Shown: positions 32,981 through 46,219, counted from the first letter of the whole stretch. The stretch: DNA of 63,243 nucleotides, filler included, from Thraustochytrium aureum (GCA_012862495.1; 4 parts of 3 records of this genome joined end to end with filler, not necessarily neighbours in it); one strand, 5' to 3'. Notes: generated by a model not told the origin, from the letters alone. Translations and numbers: made by a program.

Positions 32981-35893
32981 CGGCGTTCGCGGACCGCAAA
33001 CGGGCAGAGCAAAAGCGCCTTCTCAGCAAGCTAGCCCGCATCGAGGGCGCGCTCGAGCTCTCAGGCGAGCCTCCCTTTGAGCCCATTGAAATCGAGGCAA
33101 TGCTGCACCGCCGCAGACACGAAACTGGGCCAAGTCGGGGCGCGCCAAGCGGCGCAGAGCCGCAAACAAGCGACAATGCAACTAGTGGAAATCCACCTGA
33201 TGCCCCAAGCGAGGGCGAGAACGAAAGCTCGGCAACGCAACCGTCCCCGATCGGGCGCCGCCGCCGCCAGGCACAATTCGACGACGTTCTTATCGAAAAG
33301 CTTTTCCCGCAGCTCAAGCGCGGACCCTCTGCTGCAGCAAACCGGACCAAATTGGTCTCCGAGCCGGACTACCGCGGCCTCACGGTAGAACAGTACACAA
33401 AGATGACGCCGGCGCAGCGCGCAGAGTGGGCGGACGCGACGCGGATGCTTGCCTTCGTGGTCAACTGCGCAGAGCATGCCTTCCCGGCGTCCGAGATCCT
33501 GGACTGCTCGCCAGACTGGCTTGTATCAATCGCAGCGAAATGCGGCGTGTACGAGTTTGAGGACATGCTGCAACTTGGCGGGGGGGTGGAGACCGCAGTT
33601 CGGCGCATCCCGCTTGCCGCCGTGGCTCAGTGGATTCGAACCTGGCCGAGGCCCGATGCCGTCTTTCATCGCCCATCAGCAGGCAATTACTGGGCCTGGG
33701 CTCGCGTCATTGTCCCGATGAGCTCTGCCGTGGCCGCGATCGCCCGCCTGCACGTCTTGCCGCGGCTCGCGCAAACGCTCGCAACTTCAGCAAGAACCCT
33801 CTGGACATGTGGAGCGCCGCCAGACGCGTCGCGCTCGGTGCAGACCTCAGGGTCCATCCTCATCCGTCCCGCGGCTGACGTCAGTTGGGGCGCGCGCATC
33901 CATCTAACCTACGCCAAGCACGGCCCGCCTGTAGTTCGCGCCGACGAGACCGCAATCAACCCAACTCGACTTTGCGCAAGCTCAGCAATGGCAAATGAAA
34001 GCGACTCGCCGGAGGAAGCGGAGCTCGAGCAGCTTGCCTTTGAGATTGACCAGGTCGAAGAAAGCGGGCTGCTGCGTGCGGGCAAGCAAATGTACCTCAA
34101 GGTCTTCCACGAGCTTCCTGCGCCGCAGCGCGGCAGCCTGCCCAGGGCTGGCCTCGCGCGTTCGCACGGCGTTGGGGTGTACCTGGTCTGCGACCTTGCG
34201 AGTAGCCTCGATGCGCGGCCCGAGTCGGTCACGCTCGCAGCCCACAAGCTGCGCGTCCTTTTTGCGAGTCCACTCTGGGCGGCTGCGCCGGAGCTGCGAG
34301 GTGTCCATGTCACAGAGTACTGCGAGTTTGCTGGAAGCGCGCGCATGCTTCGTCTGCTCTGTTTCTTGACGAGGCCACGGCCTTGCGCCTAGGCACCTTC
34401 CTGCAGCTCGTCACCGGCGAAACGAGCTCGATATCTCTCACCATGCAAGTGGACGCCTCCGTCGCGGACGTTTTCCAGAGCGGCTGGGACGGTGACCTCG
34501 AGTCGCTGTGGACGCTCGACCCTCTTTACGACCATCCACAAGTGGACTTTACCAAGATGGCGCACGCGCGCACCAACCAGATTGGGCACGCGAACAAGGG
34601 CCAGCAACGAAAACGGCGCCACGCCTTTGACGCCTCGCTCCAGCATCGCCTTGGGCTCCTCAACTCAAGCTTCGGCGCATCGCGGACCGCCGGGACCGCG
34701 CAAGAGCCCAACGTCGGCGCAGGGGGCGGCGGCGGGCTGAGCGAGCAGCAGCCCTCGGCTCGCGTCAACTCTGGCGAAGAAAACGACCACGCTACATCAG
34801 AGTACAGCGCGGGCCTAGCTCTTCGGGAGCGAGAGGCCCAGCGACGCCAGCGAGACGCCGTGTCGCGCAAGGACCTTACAAAGTTCGGCTTGGAAGGGGT
34901 CGCGGCGATTCTCGGCATGTTTGACCTCGACCGCGACGGAGCCCTTGACTTGACTGAAATGAACGCCATGCTCCGTAGGCTAGGGCAGCCTGAGTTTGCT
35001 TCTGCGTGCGAGTACGAGGCAGCGTTTTCGGAGGACGACATTCCTCTCAGCAAGGAGGGCTACGCCAACTTGCGATCGCTCGCGCTTGCGTACACCAAGG
35101 CGCCGTCAGAGCTTCTGGCCCGCGACCTCGGGCGTTTGGGCCTCTCCTGCAGCTCCCTCGCGAACACACCATTCCATTTGGCGCTCGATGTTGCCGGACC
35201 CATAGCAGGGCGCACTTGCGACCCGGCCACGTGCAAGGGCGCCAGTCACGCGCTGCACGTGGCACGCGCTGCGCACAGCTCAGAGTGGCTGTGCGCAATA
35301 CGAGACATGTTATGGCTCGAGCATGCACGAGCCACCAGCGCTGACTTCCAGTACGACCATTTTGTCGAGTTCCTGGCTGAGCAGGGCGAGCGGCTGCAAA
35401 GCGCGCTTCCGCCAGATGCGTTCGCCTTTGTTCAGGATTCCTTGTTTACGCCAGCGTTCCTGCGCAACCTCGTCAGCGATGGAGTCTCACTCGTGCAAGC
35501 GCTCGTCGCAAGCTTGGCTCGAGCCCAGAGCGGCTGCGAGGACGACGAAGAGGTGACGAGGAGAGCGCTGCCGACCATGCTCCGGACGCCCAAGACAGTC
35601 TACCAACTTTTGCGCCTGCCCCCGAAGAGCCAGGCCGGACCGCGAGCGCACCGCCGGCGCCGCAAGACTTTGTCAACAGGGCCTTCCTCAAGCAAGTCTT
35701 CCACTTGCTTAAAAGCCTGAAGGGCGTCATCACGGGGATATCCTCCCTTCGCATGGGGCTTGGCGACGATCGAAGCGTGCTGCTCGAGCTTGAAGGGCTG
35801 GACTTTGTGTCGTGGATCCTGACGGAAGACGCGCTATTTCCTCGCGACGCGGAGCAGGGCACGGACGAGGACAACAGCGAGAGCGATGTTTAG
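32981..35893 (+). CDS. Large hypothetical protein with an EF-hand; 5' end in gap; probable frameshifts near 34380 and 35640-35710
   Basis: Consecutive overlapping ORFs; FDLDRDGALDLTEMNAML is a canonical EF-hand loop. Confidence 0.55.
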
Positions 35894-35964
35894 CGTTTGA
35901 TAGAGAGCAAGTTGCCAATCAAGAAAGGCTCTTGCAGGCACTCTGGAAAAAAAAACCAGGGCAA

Positions 35965-38900
35965 TCAAAAGCTCTTTTCCAACAAAGACAGCACTCCAGT
36001 CCATGGCTGCTCGCGGCCGTCTGGGTCGGCGATAGCAGCATCAATGCGCTCGGATAGAAAGCGAGCAGGAGTGTCGACAACCTCGAGGCGATCCACCAAT
36101 TGGCGCGCTTCTTCAAAGTTGCCCGCCCGGTAAGCGGCCAGCGCCGCCTCGTACAGGGTAGCGTCCGCCCGAGTCAGGTCCGCCGCCCCCTTTGACGGTA
36201 AGAACTGAGCCTCAACGACGACGCGGCGCTCGCTAAGTTCCGCTTGGCCCCGAAGGCGGGCCTTGCGAGAGTGCGAGAAGGCCCGCGCGAGGGAGACAAC
36301 CTCAAAGAGCGCCGTGGGCTTCTCCTTGCCCTTGACGCGCACAACGTCGAGCTTGCGGCAGAAGAACGTATCGGGCGGCAGCATGTCATGCGTGTCAGCT
36401 GAGCAGATAATACCAACCCCGTAGAGCTTGCATATGCCCTCGAGCCGCGAGGCGAGGTTGACGCCGTCGCCGAGGCAGCCCCACTTGTACTTGTCGAGCG
36501 ACCCAATGTTCCCCGTCAGCACCGTGCCAGTGTGTATCCCTATGCGCAAGGAGAACTGGCCCAAGTTTTTGCTCCGAATGAGCTCGGCGAACTGCGTGTT
36601 GAGGGCCTCGACGGCCTCTTGCTGGGCGACGGCCGAGGCGCAAGCTTTTGCAGCGTGGTTCTCCGTGTGGTCTGGCGTGTTCCAGAACGCCAAGATGCCA
36701 TCGCCTTGGATCTCCGCCACGGTGCCCTCGAACGACTCGATGATCTTGGACATGATGGTGAGGTAGCGCGTCAAAAATATGAGGAGCTCGCGCGGCTCGA
36801 GTCGCTCCGAAATCGACGTGAACCCCTTGAGGTCGGAGAAGAAGACCGTCACTGGGCGCGATTCGACGTGCAGGTTTCGGGCGTTGTTTTCATTGCGGAC
36901 GATCTGGCCAACCACGGACCGCGGAATAAACTTTTCCACCACCCGGAGCGTGTTGCGGAGCGCCCCAAAGGTGTGCTGCACCTCGTTGATCTCAACGAGA
37001 CGCGAGTAGCGGCGGTCCTCGATGCGAAAGTCCAGGTTGCGCAAGCGCCTCATCGACGCCTTCAGGCGCACGAGAGGGCGCGAGACGACCTGCGAAAAGG
37101 CGATGGCCATCACGAGGCCAGCGGCGAAAAACGCAGCGCCAAGGCAGATTTCGATGTTGCGGNNNNNNNNNNNNNNNNNNNNNNNNNNNNNNNNNNNNNN
37201 NNNNNNNNNNNNNNNNNNNNNNNNNNNNNNNNNNNNNNNNNNNNNNNNNNNNNNNNNNNNNNNNNNNNNNNNNNNNNNNNNNNNNNNNNNNNNNNNNNNN
37301 NNNNNNNNNNNNNNNNNNNNNNNNNNNNNNNNNNNNNNNNNNNNNNNNNNNNNNNNNNNNNNNNNNNNNNNNNNNNNNNNNNNNNNNNNNNNNNNNNNNN
37401 NNNNNNNNNNNNNNNNNNNNNNNNNNNNNNCACGGTTCGAGGGTGTGGACGTCGAAGAGGATCTGCTGCCCGTTCTTCAGAGCGCCGCCCGCGCCACTCC
37501 GAGCCATCGGAAGCCCCCCGAGCTGTAGTTGGAGCGCCTTTGTTATGTTGCGAATCTGCTCCGAATTGCAAAGCGTCGCCTTGGGGGGCTCTGCAATGTT
37601 GCCGCCAATGATCACCGTCTCGTTGGACGAGACGGCGACGATGCGGCCTGAGGTGGCCTCCTCGTCGGTGCTGGTGAGCATGAACGACACGGTATGCGAA
37701 ACGAGCTGGGCGAATTCCGACGGGGAGATCCCATACACTGGGCTTTCCCCAGGCGCCGTTGCGATGCGGGAGAGCTCAAATTCGTCAGACACAATCATGA
37801 TCTGGCCCATGGTGAGCCACCTTTGAACTGCGCTGAGTGATTCGCACATGGTAATGATGAGCTGGTTGGAAAACTGACTCAATTCCTCAGAGGTGATAAC
37901 TGCGCCAAAGGCCCCGATCAGGCAGTCGTACGAGTTGCAAGGCGCCCAGGGCCATGACCACGAGTAGCCAAAGCGCCAAGTGCCCAAGGACACGTCATAG
38001 AATCTCCTGACGTGGCTCCAGGCTCCAATTAAAGTCTTGCGGCCGCTCTGCTTGAGCCTGAACTGATCGTAGAGGGGCAAAAAGTCGTCTTTAAACGAGG
38101 CTCGCAAGTTTGGAATGGCAGACTCCCCAGAGGCGTTCGCTTGCCCATGCAGGACCAAAGGTTGCTCGAGCGGGAGCCAGGTCTCGAGGTCGATCGGATA
38201 GCTCATTTCGTACAGTGGGTCGTCGTTGTTCTCGATCTTTTCGCGCAGCAGCTTCAAAAAGGCATCCGGGTCCGAAATCGGATCCACTCTCCCGCTTGGG
38301 TCCACGATCGAGCGGTTGGCCATCAAAAGTGAAGTAAACCCGGACATGATTTCGTTGTTGTTGTCGCGGCGGAGCTGGACGTCGATGTACTGGTCGCTGA
38401 AGACGCCAAACACCCGCGAGGTCTCGTTGTAGAGACCAGTCCGGAGCACGGAGGTCAGAAGCGGTCCCAGGCAGAGTTGCCAGTCGCGAATATTGAGCGG
38501 TTGGTCAGTGGCCGACGTGTCGCCAGAGTAGCGACCGAGTAATGGGACGTTGCTGAAGTTGTTGAGCGAGCCAAGCGTGAAGGCGTACTGCATGCCATTC
38601 CAGGCGCTGTTTGCCGCATGGGGGGGCTGCAAGAGAACGTTGGTCACCAGCTTTTCGTACAGGTTGGACCCTCCCATGAGGCCGAGCGAGTCTGCGATGT
38701 CGCTGATGATTTCCAAAGAGATGCTGCTTTGCGCACCTGCTGTCTTGTTGCAAGACGTGTCGGTTTGGACAAGCGCATTGGCTGCGATCACCGCAGAAGG
38801 AACCACGAGTGCGACGATCAACGCCAGGTTGAAGGTAACCAGGCCACCGAGGACCAAGAAACGGTACTTGAAGCGCAGGTTGCGGCCACAGGTCGTTTTT

Positions 38901-39484
38901 GGAGGGACGACGTCGTTATCCAGCGTGTCCTGCGCCGCCTTGCGGTGCACATAGCTTTCGCACTCCACAGTATTATTCGCCCCGCTGGGCAAAATGGACT
39001 CGAACAGGAGAGCCCGTTCTGTTTCTTCGTCCACGTCCCCCGTCCAGGAAGACTTCGCGCGCTTTGTTGCATTGTGCGAACGGCCCCGTTCTGGAAGCTC
39101 CACCATCCTTCGTCTCAAGTTGGGGACGCGGAATTCGTCGAGCGAGGCCAGGGCGAGCTTGCTGGCTGTGCCATCGAGCAACTCGGATTGCGGGCTTGTC
39201 GACCCTGCGGACTGATCGGCACCGGTCGAATCCGGCTCTAGCGATTCACTTGCGGAGGAGTTCGCGCTCGCGCGGCAAGCGCCGTTGCCGTCGTCCGCTC
39301 GCATTTCCGGAGCTGACTTGCAGTCTTGTGCCTGCGCGCTGCCGAGGATGGTGAGCTCAAAGTCTTCTCCTTGCTCCGCAGAGCCATGTCCAGGCGCGCC
39401 TGGTGCGCTCTCCTCGCTGGCCGGCATTGCTCCCTGCGCCTCGTTGCCTTCCTCGCTCGCGCCCTTGGACGCCGCGGCGCCCAT
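35965..39484 (-). CDS. Membrane class III nucleotidyl cyclase (TM-sensor-TM-HAMP-cyclase), probably guanylate cyclase; internal gap
   Basis: FSDLKGFTSISE, EIQGDGILAFW, RIGIHTG, GNIGS, GDGVNLASRLEG and VRVKGK. Two TM helices, HAMP-like SRPLVRLKASMRRL, and an N-terminal MGAAAS. Confidence 0.85.
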
Positions 39485-39559
39485 CGCGCCGCGCGGTCGC
39501 GCAACAAGGAAAAGCGCGACCGAGCTCGGCAAGTGCAGCGATCACCAGCGCACCCACAC

Positions 39560-39710
39560 CAGCACGGAGGACCGGGCGCCGGCGTGCCGGCGTGCAGGGC
39601 GACAGCAGGACCGGGCACCGGCGTGGAGGGTAACAGCAGGACCAGGTACCGGCGCGGAGGCGTGGAGAGCGACAGCAGGACCGAGCGCCGGCGTAGAGAG
39701 CGATAGCAGG
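39560..39710. repeat. ~30-40 bp imperfect tandem repeats upstream of the cyclase
   Basis: (c)agcaggaccgg.c.ccggcgt..ag.g is repeated about 4-5 times. Confidence 0.7.
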
Positions 39711-40387
39711 TCTGCAGTCGTCTGCGCAGCTGAAACACAGCCAGGGCGACGACCTCGCGAAACCAGCGACCAACAGGCACCGCGCAGAGAGCAGCAGCAG
39801 CAGACGAAGAAGAAGACGACGACGACGAAAAGGGCGATGCCGAAGCAGCTGCCGCGAAGGAGGCACGAGCAGAAGCAGCGATGGACGCCCGCTGGTGCAG
39901 TTGCGCGTTTCAGCTTTGCCTGGCGAACGGTCTTCTCGTAAATACGAACATTCAGTACTATGAGGCAGGCAACGTGACCGCGTCAAGAGTAACAAGCCTG
40001 CAGCAGATGTGATTTAAATACTGGCATTCAATATACGGGGGTTCAAGAGAAGGCGGTTCCCATAATGACTGGAATTCAATATTAATATACGCGATGCGGC
40101 ATTGGTCCACGGGAGTTCTTCGCTTACATCGCCTGTCTGAGTATTGAAATTCAGGTTTCCCATGCGTGGGTGGCCAAGAGCGACGACAGACGAGATAGCA
40201 GGCAGGCAGGCAGGCAGCAGGCAGGCCTTTTGGCAGACGCTCACGCAGACAGGGCAGACGCGCCACGTGCAGACGGCAAGCAGGAGAGCCCGTCGGAGAC
40301 GAGGATCGGGAGCGTTGCGGCGAGCGAGCGACGGCGAGGGTTTGAGCTTGCGCGCGCAAGTCGGTGTTGGTTGTTGCGGCGCGCACG

Positions 40388-40720
40388 ATGTTCGCCGTGG
40401 ATGAGCCGCAGGAGGTCGTGACGCCCGGCGGCGTCAAGGGCGCGTGGGCCGCCGCCTCGGAGAAGGTGGCGAGCTCGCCGGCGGTGAAGAGCGCAAAGGC
40501 CTGGGCGTGGTGGGCGTTCAAGAAGAGCGGGAGCCTCACGTGGATTCTGACGACCACCTCGCTCGTGGTTATTCTGCCGCTCGTGCTGGAGGTGAAGGGC
40601 GACTTTATGGTCGCCGAGCAGGAGAAGTACATGCAGCTGCAGCAGCAGGGTTATTCTCAGGCGCAGATTGAGCAGATGATGGGCCTTCCGCCGCAGCCCG
40701 CCGCCCCCGCCGCGCGCTAA
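40388..40720 (+). CDS. TOM22: Mitochondrial import receptor Tom22 (short plant/protist TOM9 type)
   Basis: AFKKSGSLTWILTTTSLVVILPLVLEV is the W-x2-(T/S)T-x5-P transmembrane signature of Tom22. Confidence 0.8.
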   Translation: MFAVDEPQEVVTPGGVKGAWAAASEKVASSPAVKSAKAWAWWAFKKSGSLTWILTTTSLVVILPLVLEVKGDFMVAEQEKYMQLQQQGYSQAQIEQMMGLPPQPAAPAAR

Positions 40721-41207
40721 ATGCCGCCACCTGTTTTGTTCTCACCACTATGCTTGCTTTGCCTGGCACCGGTGCTGGCCTGTATCGGCGTCCTAGCCGC
40801 CGGCTCGCGGGGCACTTGCTTGCCCCGGTGCCGCGCAGCCAAATGCTTTTTCCGTCCCGAACCGTCCTCGGGCGGAAGCAGGGCGTAGCCGCGACTGCAA
40901 CAGTTTTTGAATTGCCAACGAGTGAAAAGAAAGCATGTTTTCCTCACCTGCCCGCAAGGCTAGGCCAGACCAGGCCAGCGAACTATCTGCAGACGTTCCG
41001 AGCCGCCGAGCTCCACGGCCCACCAGCCTCCTGCTTGTTCGCTCTTCTGCCACAACCCGTGGTGGCCACGCCTCGACCGACCTTCGACCAAACTGAACGG
41101 TTGTCCTTGGGGCTCGGGAGCAGCAAAAAGCAATCGGAAGGAGGCGCGCCATTGTTGTTTTTCCCGTTTTGGACGGTGATGTTAGCCAACGCTCTAGCTT
41201 GCCACAC

Positions 41208-42162
41208 TTATTCCTCCTCAAAGGGAGCGATCGTACAGCGGCCGCTACGCAGATGTGTGATGAGCAGGCGCGTCTGCGTGCCGTCCACAAGCTTGACGAT
41301 CACCTCAGAGGGGCTGAGCGACAGAATGGAACCATGGACCTCCTCCCGCGTCACCTCGGTGGTGCAGACAACGTCCGCGTCCTTCTCAAGGATCATCTCG
41401 TTCAGGTACAAAACACCGTCCGCGACGCGCACAGACTGCTCGGCAATAGCTGCGGCGCTCAGGAACTTTTCTGCGCGCTGCTTCCAGTCGCGCTGGATCT
41501 GGCGCAGGTCATCGCAGACCGCACTCTCGTGCATGAAAAACTTGAGACCCGAGAGCTCGTCGGTGCCAGCCCCAGCAAAGGTTTCTGCCCGTGTGGCCTC
41601 TGCGCCGCCTGCGTTTGGGTTGGCCGTGTCGTCCGGCGCGTCTGCGTCGCGCATCTCCTCGTCGTTGTCTGTTCTCTTGCTGCGCAGCTTGCGCGAGCTG
41701 GAGCGCACCTCGGCGTCGTTGCTGCCGTCGCGCATTTCTTCGAGCCGCTTTATTGAGTCGCCGATCTCGACGAGCAGTTTGTCTTTCATCTCCGCCACCT
41801 CGTTGTTGAAGATTGCCTTGGCCGCCTTGACGTCAAAGTCGTACAGGGCTTCGATCTCGCGGATGCGCAGCTCGCGGTTAAGCGCGGCGTCCTTGAGCAG
41901 CCGGTCGCGGGTGATGGCCAGCTCCTTGGCGCCTTCCACGAGGGCTTGATGCGTCCCTGGGGAGGCGGCGCGCACCGGGCCGCGGTCAGCCCCTCGTCCC
42001 AGCCCTCGAGCGCCACACCCTGGCCCGCCGCGACCGCAACTTACCATCGAGCAGCTTGGCCCGCTCTTCCGTGAGCTGCGCCAGCTTGCTCTCGTAAAAC
42101 TCGCGGCCCTCCTCGACGGCGTCGCCTGCCGGGCCTCCAGCATGTCCATTCTCCACCTCCAT
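41208..42162 (-). CDS. Sds3/BRMS1-like Sin3-HDAC complex subunit; intron 41957-42044
   Basis: Spliced FYESKLAQLTEERAKLLDGTHQALVEGAKEL...MKDKLL..I...IKRLEE matches the Sds3 coiled coil. GTAAGT...GCTGAC...CAG intron. Confidence 0.7.
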
Positions 42163-42499
42163 CGCGCCGCGCCGGGCCAGCCAGAGGCTGCTTTTGACGA
42201 CGCGCCTGCGCTGCTATCCGCGTGCGCGCGCGCCCTCTGCTGCTGCCCTGCGCCGCCTGCCCTGCGCCGTCCGTCTCCGCGATGGGGGTCTACCGCGCCA
42301 ACCTGCAACTTGCAGACCAACTACTCTACGTGTCTTGCTTGAAAGTGAGCCCGCTCGAGGCCGTGTCGCGCCACGGCGCGCGGCAGTCTCGGACGGGCGC
42401 GAGGCACGCAGGCACGGCAGGGCAGGGCAGGGCGGGGCGAGACGCGCGAGGCAGCAAGCAGTTCGATTAGTGGGGCGGCTTGTTTGCTACTTGGCTCTA

Positions 42500-44195
42500 C
42501 TAGAGCGGGATGTTGCCGTGCTTGCGCCACGGGCGCGGGTCCGACTTGTTGCGGAGCAGGACAAGGTCGTCGCAGATGCGGCGGCGGGTCTGGCTCGGCG
42601 TGATCACGTCGTCAATAAAGCCGCGGTTGGCGGCCACCATGGGGTTGGCAAAGCGCTCCGTGTACTTGGCGGTCTCCTCCTCGACGTTCTTGCCGCGGAA
42701 GATGATCTCGACCGCGCCCTTGGCGCCCATGACCGCGATCTCGGCGGACGGGAACGCATAGTTGGTGTCGCCTCGAAGGTGCTTGGAGCTCATGACATCG
42801 TAGGCGCCACCGTAGGCCTTGCGCGTGATGACCGTGATCTTGGGCACTGTGCACTCGGCGTACGCGTAGAGCAGCTTGGCCCCCTGGCGGATGATGCCGC
42901 CGTGCTCCTGGCTCGTGCCGGGCAGGAACCCGGGCACGTCCACAAAGGTGACAATGGGGATGTTGAAGGCGTCGCAGAAGCGCACAAAGCGGCCCGCCTT
43001 GACGCTGGCGTTGATATCGAGGCAGCCGGCCTTGTCAAGGGGCTGGTTGCCGACGACGCCGATCGTGCGGCCTTCCATGCGCGCGAACCCGATGATGATG
43101 TTCTTGGCGTAGTCGGGCATGATCTCGTAAAAGTTGCCCTCGTCCACGATCTTGCGCACCACGATCTTCATGTCGTAGGGCGCGTTGGGGTCGGCAGGGA
43201 TGATGCGGTCGAGCGTGGGGTCGGCGCGATCGCGCGAGTCCTCCGTGTCGCGCTTGGGGACCTCGGCCTTGTTGTTAAGTGGGAGGAAGTCGAAGAGCTC
43301 GCGGGTCATGCGCAGNNNNNNNNNNNNNNNNNNNNNNNNNNNNNNNNNNNNNNNNNNNNNNNNNNNNNNNNNNNNNNNNNNNNNNNNNNNNNNNNNNNNN
43401 NNNNNNNNNNNNNNNNNNNNNNNNNNNNNNNNNNNNNNNNNNNNNNNNNNNNNNNNNNNNNNNNNNNNNNNNNNNNNNNNNNNNNNNNNNNNNGTTCGTG
43501 ACGGTCTTGACCACCTCGGGGCCGGTCACAAACATGTACGAGGTGTCGCGGACCATCGTGATAAAGTCCGTCAGCGCGGGGGAGTAGACGGCGCCGCCAG
43601 CGCACGGGCCCATGATGAGCGAGAGCTGCGGGATGACGCCCGAGGCGTCGACGTTGCGCTGGAACACTTCGGCGTACCCGCCGAGCGAGTCGACGCCCTC
43701 CTGGATCCGGGCGCCGCCCGAGTCGTTGAGGCCGATCACGGGGGTGCCGGTCTTGACAGCCATGTCCATGATCTTGCAGATCTTTTCGGCGTGGGTCTCG
43801 GACAGGGAGCCTCCGAAAACGGTAAAGTCTTGCGAGAAGACGAAGACGGGGCGCCCGTTGATGTAGCCCGACCCGGTCACGACGCCGTCGCCGTAGCTCT
43901 TGTCCTGCTCCATGCCAAAGTCGACGCAGCGGTGCAGCTTGAGCATATCGGTTTCCTGGAACGAGCCCTCGTCCAGGAGCAGGGCGAGCCGCTCACGCGC
44001 GGTCAGCTTGCCCTTGGCGTGCTGCTTGTCGATGCGGGCCTGGCCTCCGCCCAGCTTGGCGCTCTCCTTGGCCTTCTCGAGCCTCTCCAAAAACCTGGCC
44101 TGTGCCGCAACCCCGGAGCTGTTGCGCACGAGCCTCATCTCCTGCCGCCTCACCGCGCCGGCGGCCGCGGACCTCCAGGCCATCTTGGACAGCAT
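42500..44195 (-). CDS. PCCB: Propionyl-CoA carboxylase beta chain, mitochondrial; internal gap 43316-43493
   Basis: [63 protein letters not shown] and RKHGNIPL; Arg-rich targeting peptide. Confidence 0.95.
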
Positions 44196-44323
44196 CTTCT
44201 TGCTGCGTGTGCCGGACTGGCGCCTTCGCGCTTCCTTCCTTCCTGCCTTCCTGGCTGCCTGGCTGCCGACCTACCACGCCCTTGTATCTTGTCGCACAGC
44301 CAACCCGTCCGCGCCCGCCTTGT

Positions 44324-44405
44324 GCTGCTGCTGCTGCTGCTTTGCGTTGGGCGACTGCTGCGTCCGGCGGTGCTCTGCTGCTCGCACTGGCGCTACTGCT
44401 GCTGG

Positions 44406-44437
<32 letters not shown>
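44324..44437. repeat. Interrupted (CTG)n microsatellite
   Basis: Direct tandem array. Confidence 0.85.
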
Positions 44438-44440
<3 letters not shown>

Positions 44441-45494
44441 GCGGTCGACCGGGTGGCGGATGTATCTGCGGCTCTGGATGACATTGGTGAGGAGAAGTCA
44501 ATGCGGCCATCGTCGAGATGGTCGACCACCACCTGCGCAAGCCTCACAAATCAATCCTGAGGCTTGCACGTGGATGTGCAGTGCAGTTTGCCCCTCTGCG
44601 GCCAGCTGCAGGGCCTCTGAGCGGCTGGCGCCGGCCTTGTGAGGCGCGCCAGTGGTCGGACTACAAGCCCCGCGGCGCACTCTCGAGGAGCGCTGCAGTT
44701 TTTTGGAGGTTTTCGCCGGGTTTTCAAGGCGGGGCAGCGCAATGCGTCGAAGACGGCTATGATCGGACCAGCGGCTTCTGCTCGAAAGCGGCCGCAAGGG
44801 GCTGTCGTTGAGGCCATTGAGCGCAGCGCAGGTGCTGCGGATAGGATTGATCTCGATGGACCGATGAACCGAGCTGGCGCTAAAGCTGGAGGAGCAGTTT
44901 TGCAGCTGCGACGGACTGGGCTCGGCTTGCATGCGCTTGCCGAGGCGAGGCTCCTCAATGCGTGTGCCGACCGCGCGGCAGCAACCAGATCTTTGCGCCA
45001 CTCGGGCATCGTGCGATTGGCAGTAGCAGGAGGACGCGCGAAGTGAGAGCTACTTGTAGGACGTTTGGGAGCGACACGCGGCAGCGCTAGTCTGCCTGTC
45101 TAGCGAGAACTCTGCCTGGCTGGCTGAGTGAACTGAGCCGCTGCAACGCGCGGCGCGTCCCGGGCGCCGCAATTGTGCGAAAGAACCAACAAGAAAACTT
45201 GATCTTTCAAAAAAGAAAAGAAATTACAGAAACCGGTTCTTGCGCTCCTCGAACGGCGCGGCAAGCCCGGCAAGGCATCAAAAGTGTAGTTGTCAAACAA
45301 GCGTGAATAATCGCGCCGCCGCCGCCGCCAGCCGCAGGCAGCCGCCAGCCGCAGGCAGCCGCCGCAGCCGAGCACGAGCCACCGCGGCCGGCGTAAGAAG
45401 GAAAATATAGTCAACGGGCACGACGCGCCCGAGATGCCCGGCAGCGCGTGCTGCCTCCGCGACCACCCAACAGCCAATAAATAAAGATGCACGA

Positions 45495-46219
45495 CTACAC
45501 GACTGGTTTGTACGTGCGCGTGACCTTCTTCTCGGACTTGGCGCCGGTGACGTGCATCTCCTCAAAAAGGTTTTCGCCACGCAACTCGCGCCGCACGAGA
45601 ATCTCCTTGTCGGGGTCGGCTTTGGAAGTCACATTCTTGGCCCGGATGACAAGCACGGAACGGTCGTTCTCCCAAGTCGCCGAGCAGGTCGTGGTTTCGC
45701 CGCGCTCGTTCTCAGAATAGAACGGCGTGCCCACCGTGAACGAGATTGTCACGGCGCGACGCTCGTTGTTCGAGGTGATTTCGAACGAGTCGCCGTCTTG
45801 GACGATAAACAAGGTCTGCACCATGCTCCCGCCGTACTTGCTGGCAAGTTTCATGTACTTTGACGAGACCTCGAGCTCTTCCAGGAAGCCCAGGACCCCG
45901 TCAGCGTGATCGCTCTCCCAGTGGCCGGCGAAGGGGTTCTCCTCCGATGCGCAGCTCAACAGGCTGCTGGTGCTCCCACTGCTGTTGCTGCTGCTGCTGC
46001 TGATCCCGCCCACGGCGTCTCCGATCGACTTTACCACCCCGGCGAAGGACAAGCGTGATTTTTCTTGCTGCTCTTCTTGGCCTCTGAGCGCTTGCGCGTC
46101 ATCATCCTGGGCATGATCAGCGTCTTGTCATTCTTGTCGCGCCTCACGTACGACTCCGTCTTGAGCAGCGGCGGCTCCTCCTCCGGCAGCCTCGACGAGC
46201 TGGACGTCGTCGCAGACAT
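45495..46219 (-). CDS. Fatty-acid-binding protein (FABP/iLBP, calycin)-like with low-complexity N-terminal extension; frameshift near 46060
   Basis: FAGHW (GxW), FLEELEV helix pair, IVQDGDSFEITS, ISFTVGTPF, RRELRGENL and VTRTYK (RxY) follow the FABP beta-barrel pattern. Confidence 0.7.

Noticed and set aside
44459..45046. Possible small gene divergent from PCCB (also short ORFs at 46862-47520)
   Set aside because: No recognisable motif, and the frames are conflicting and low-complexity.
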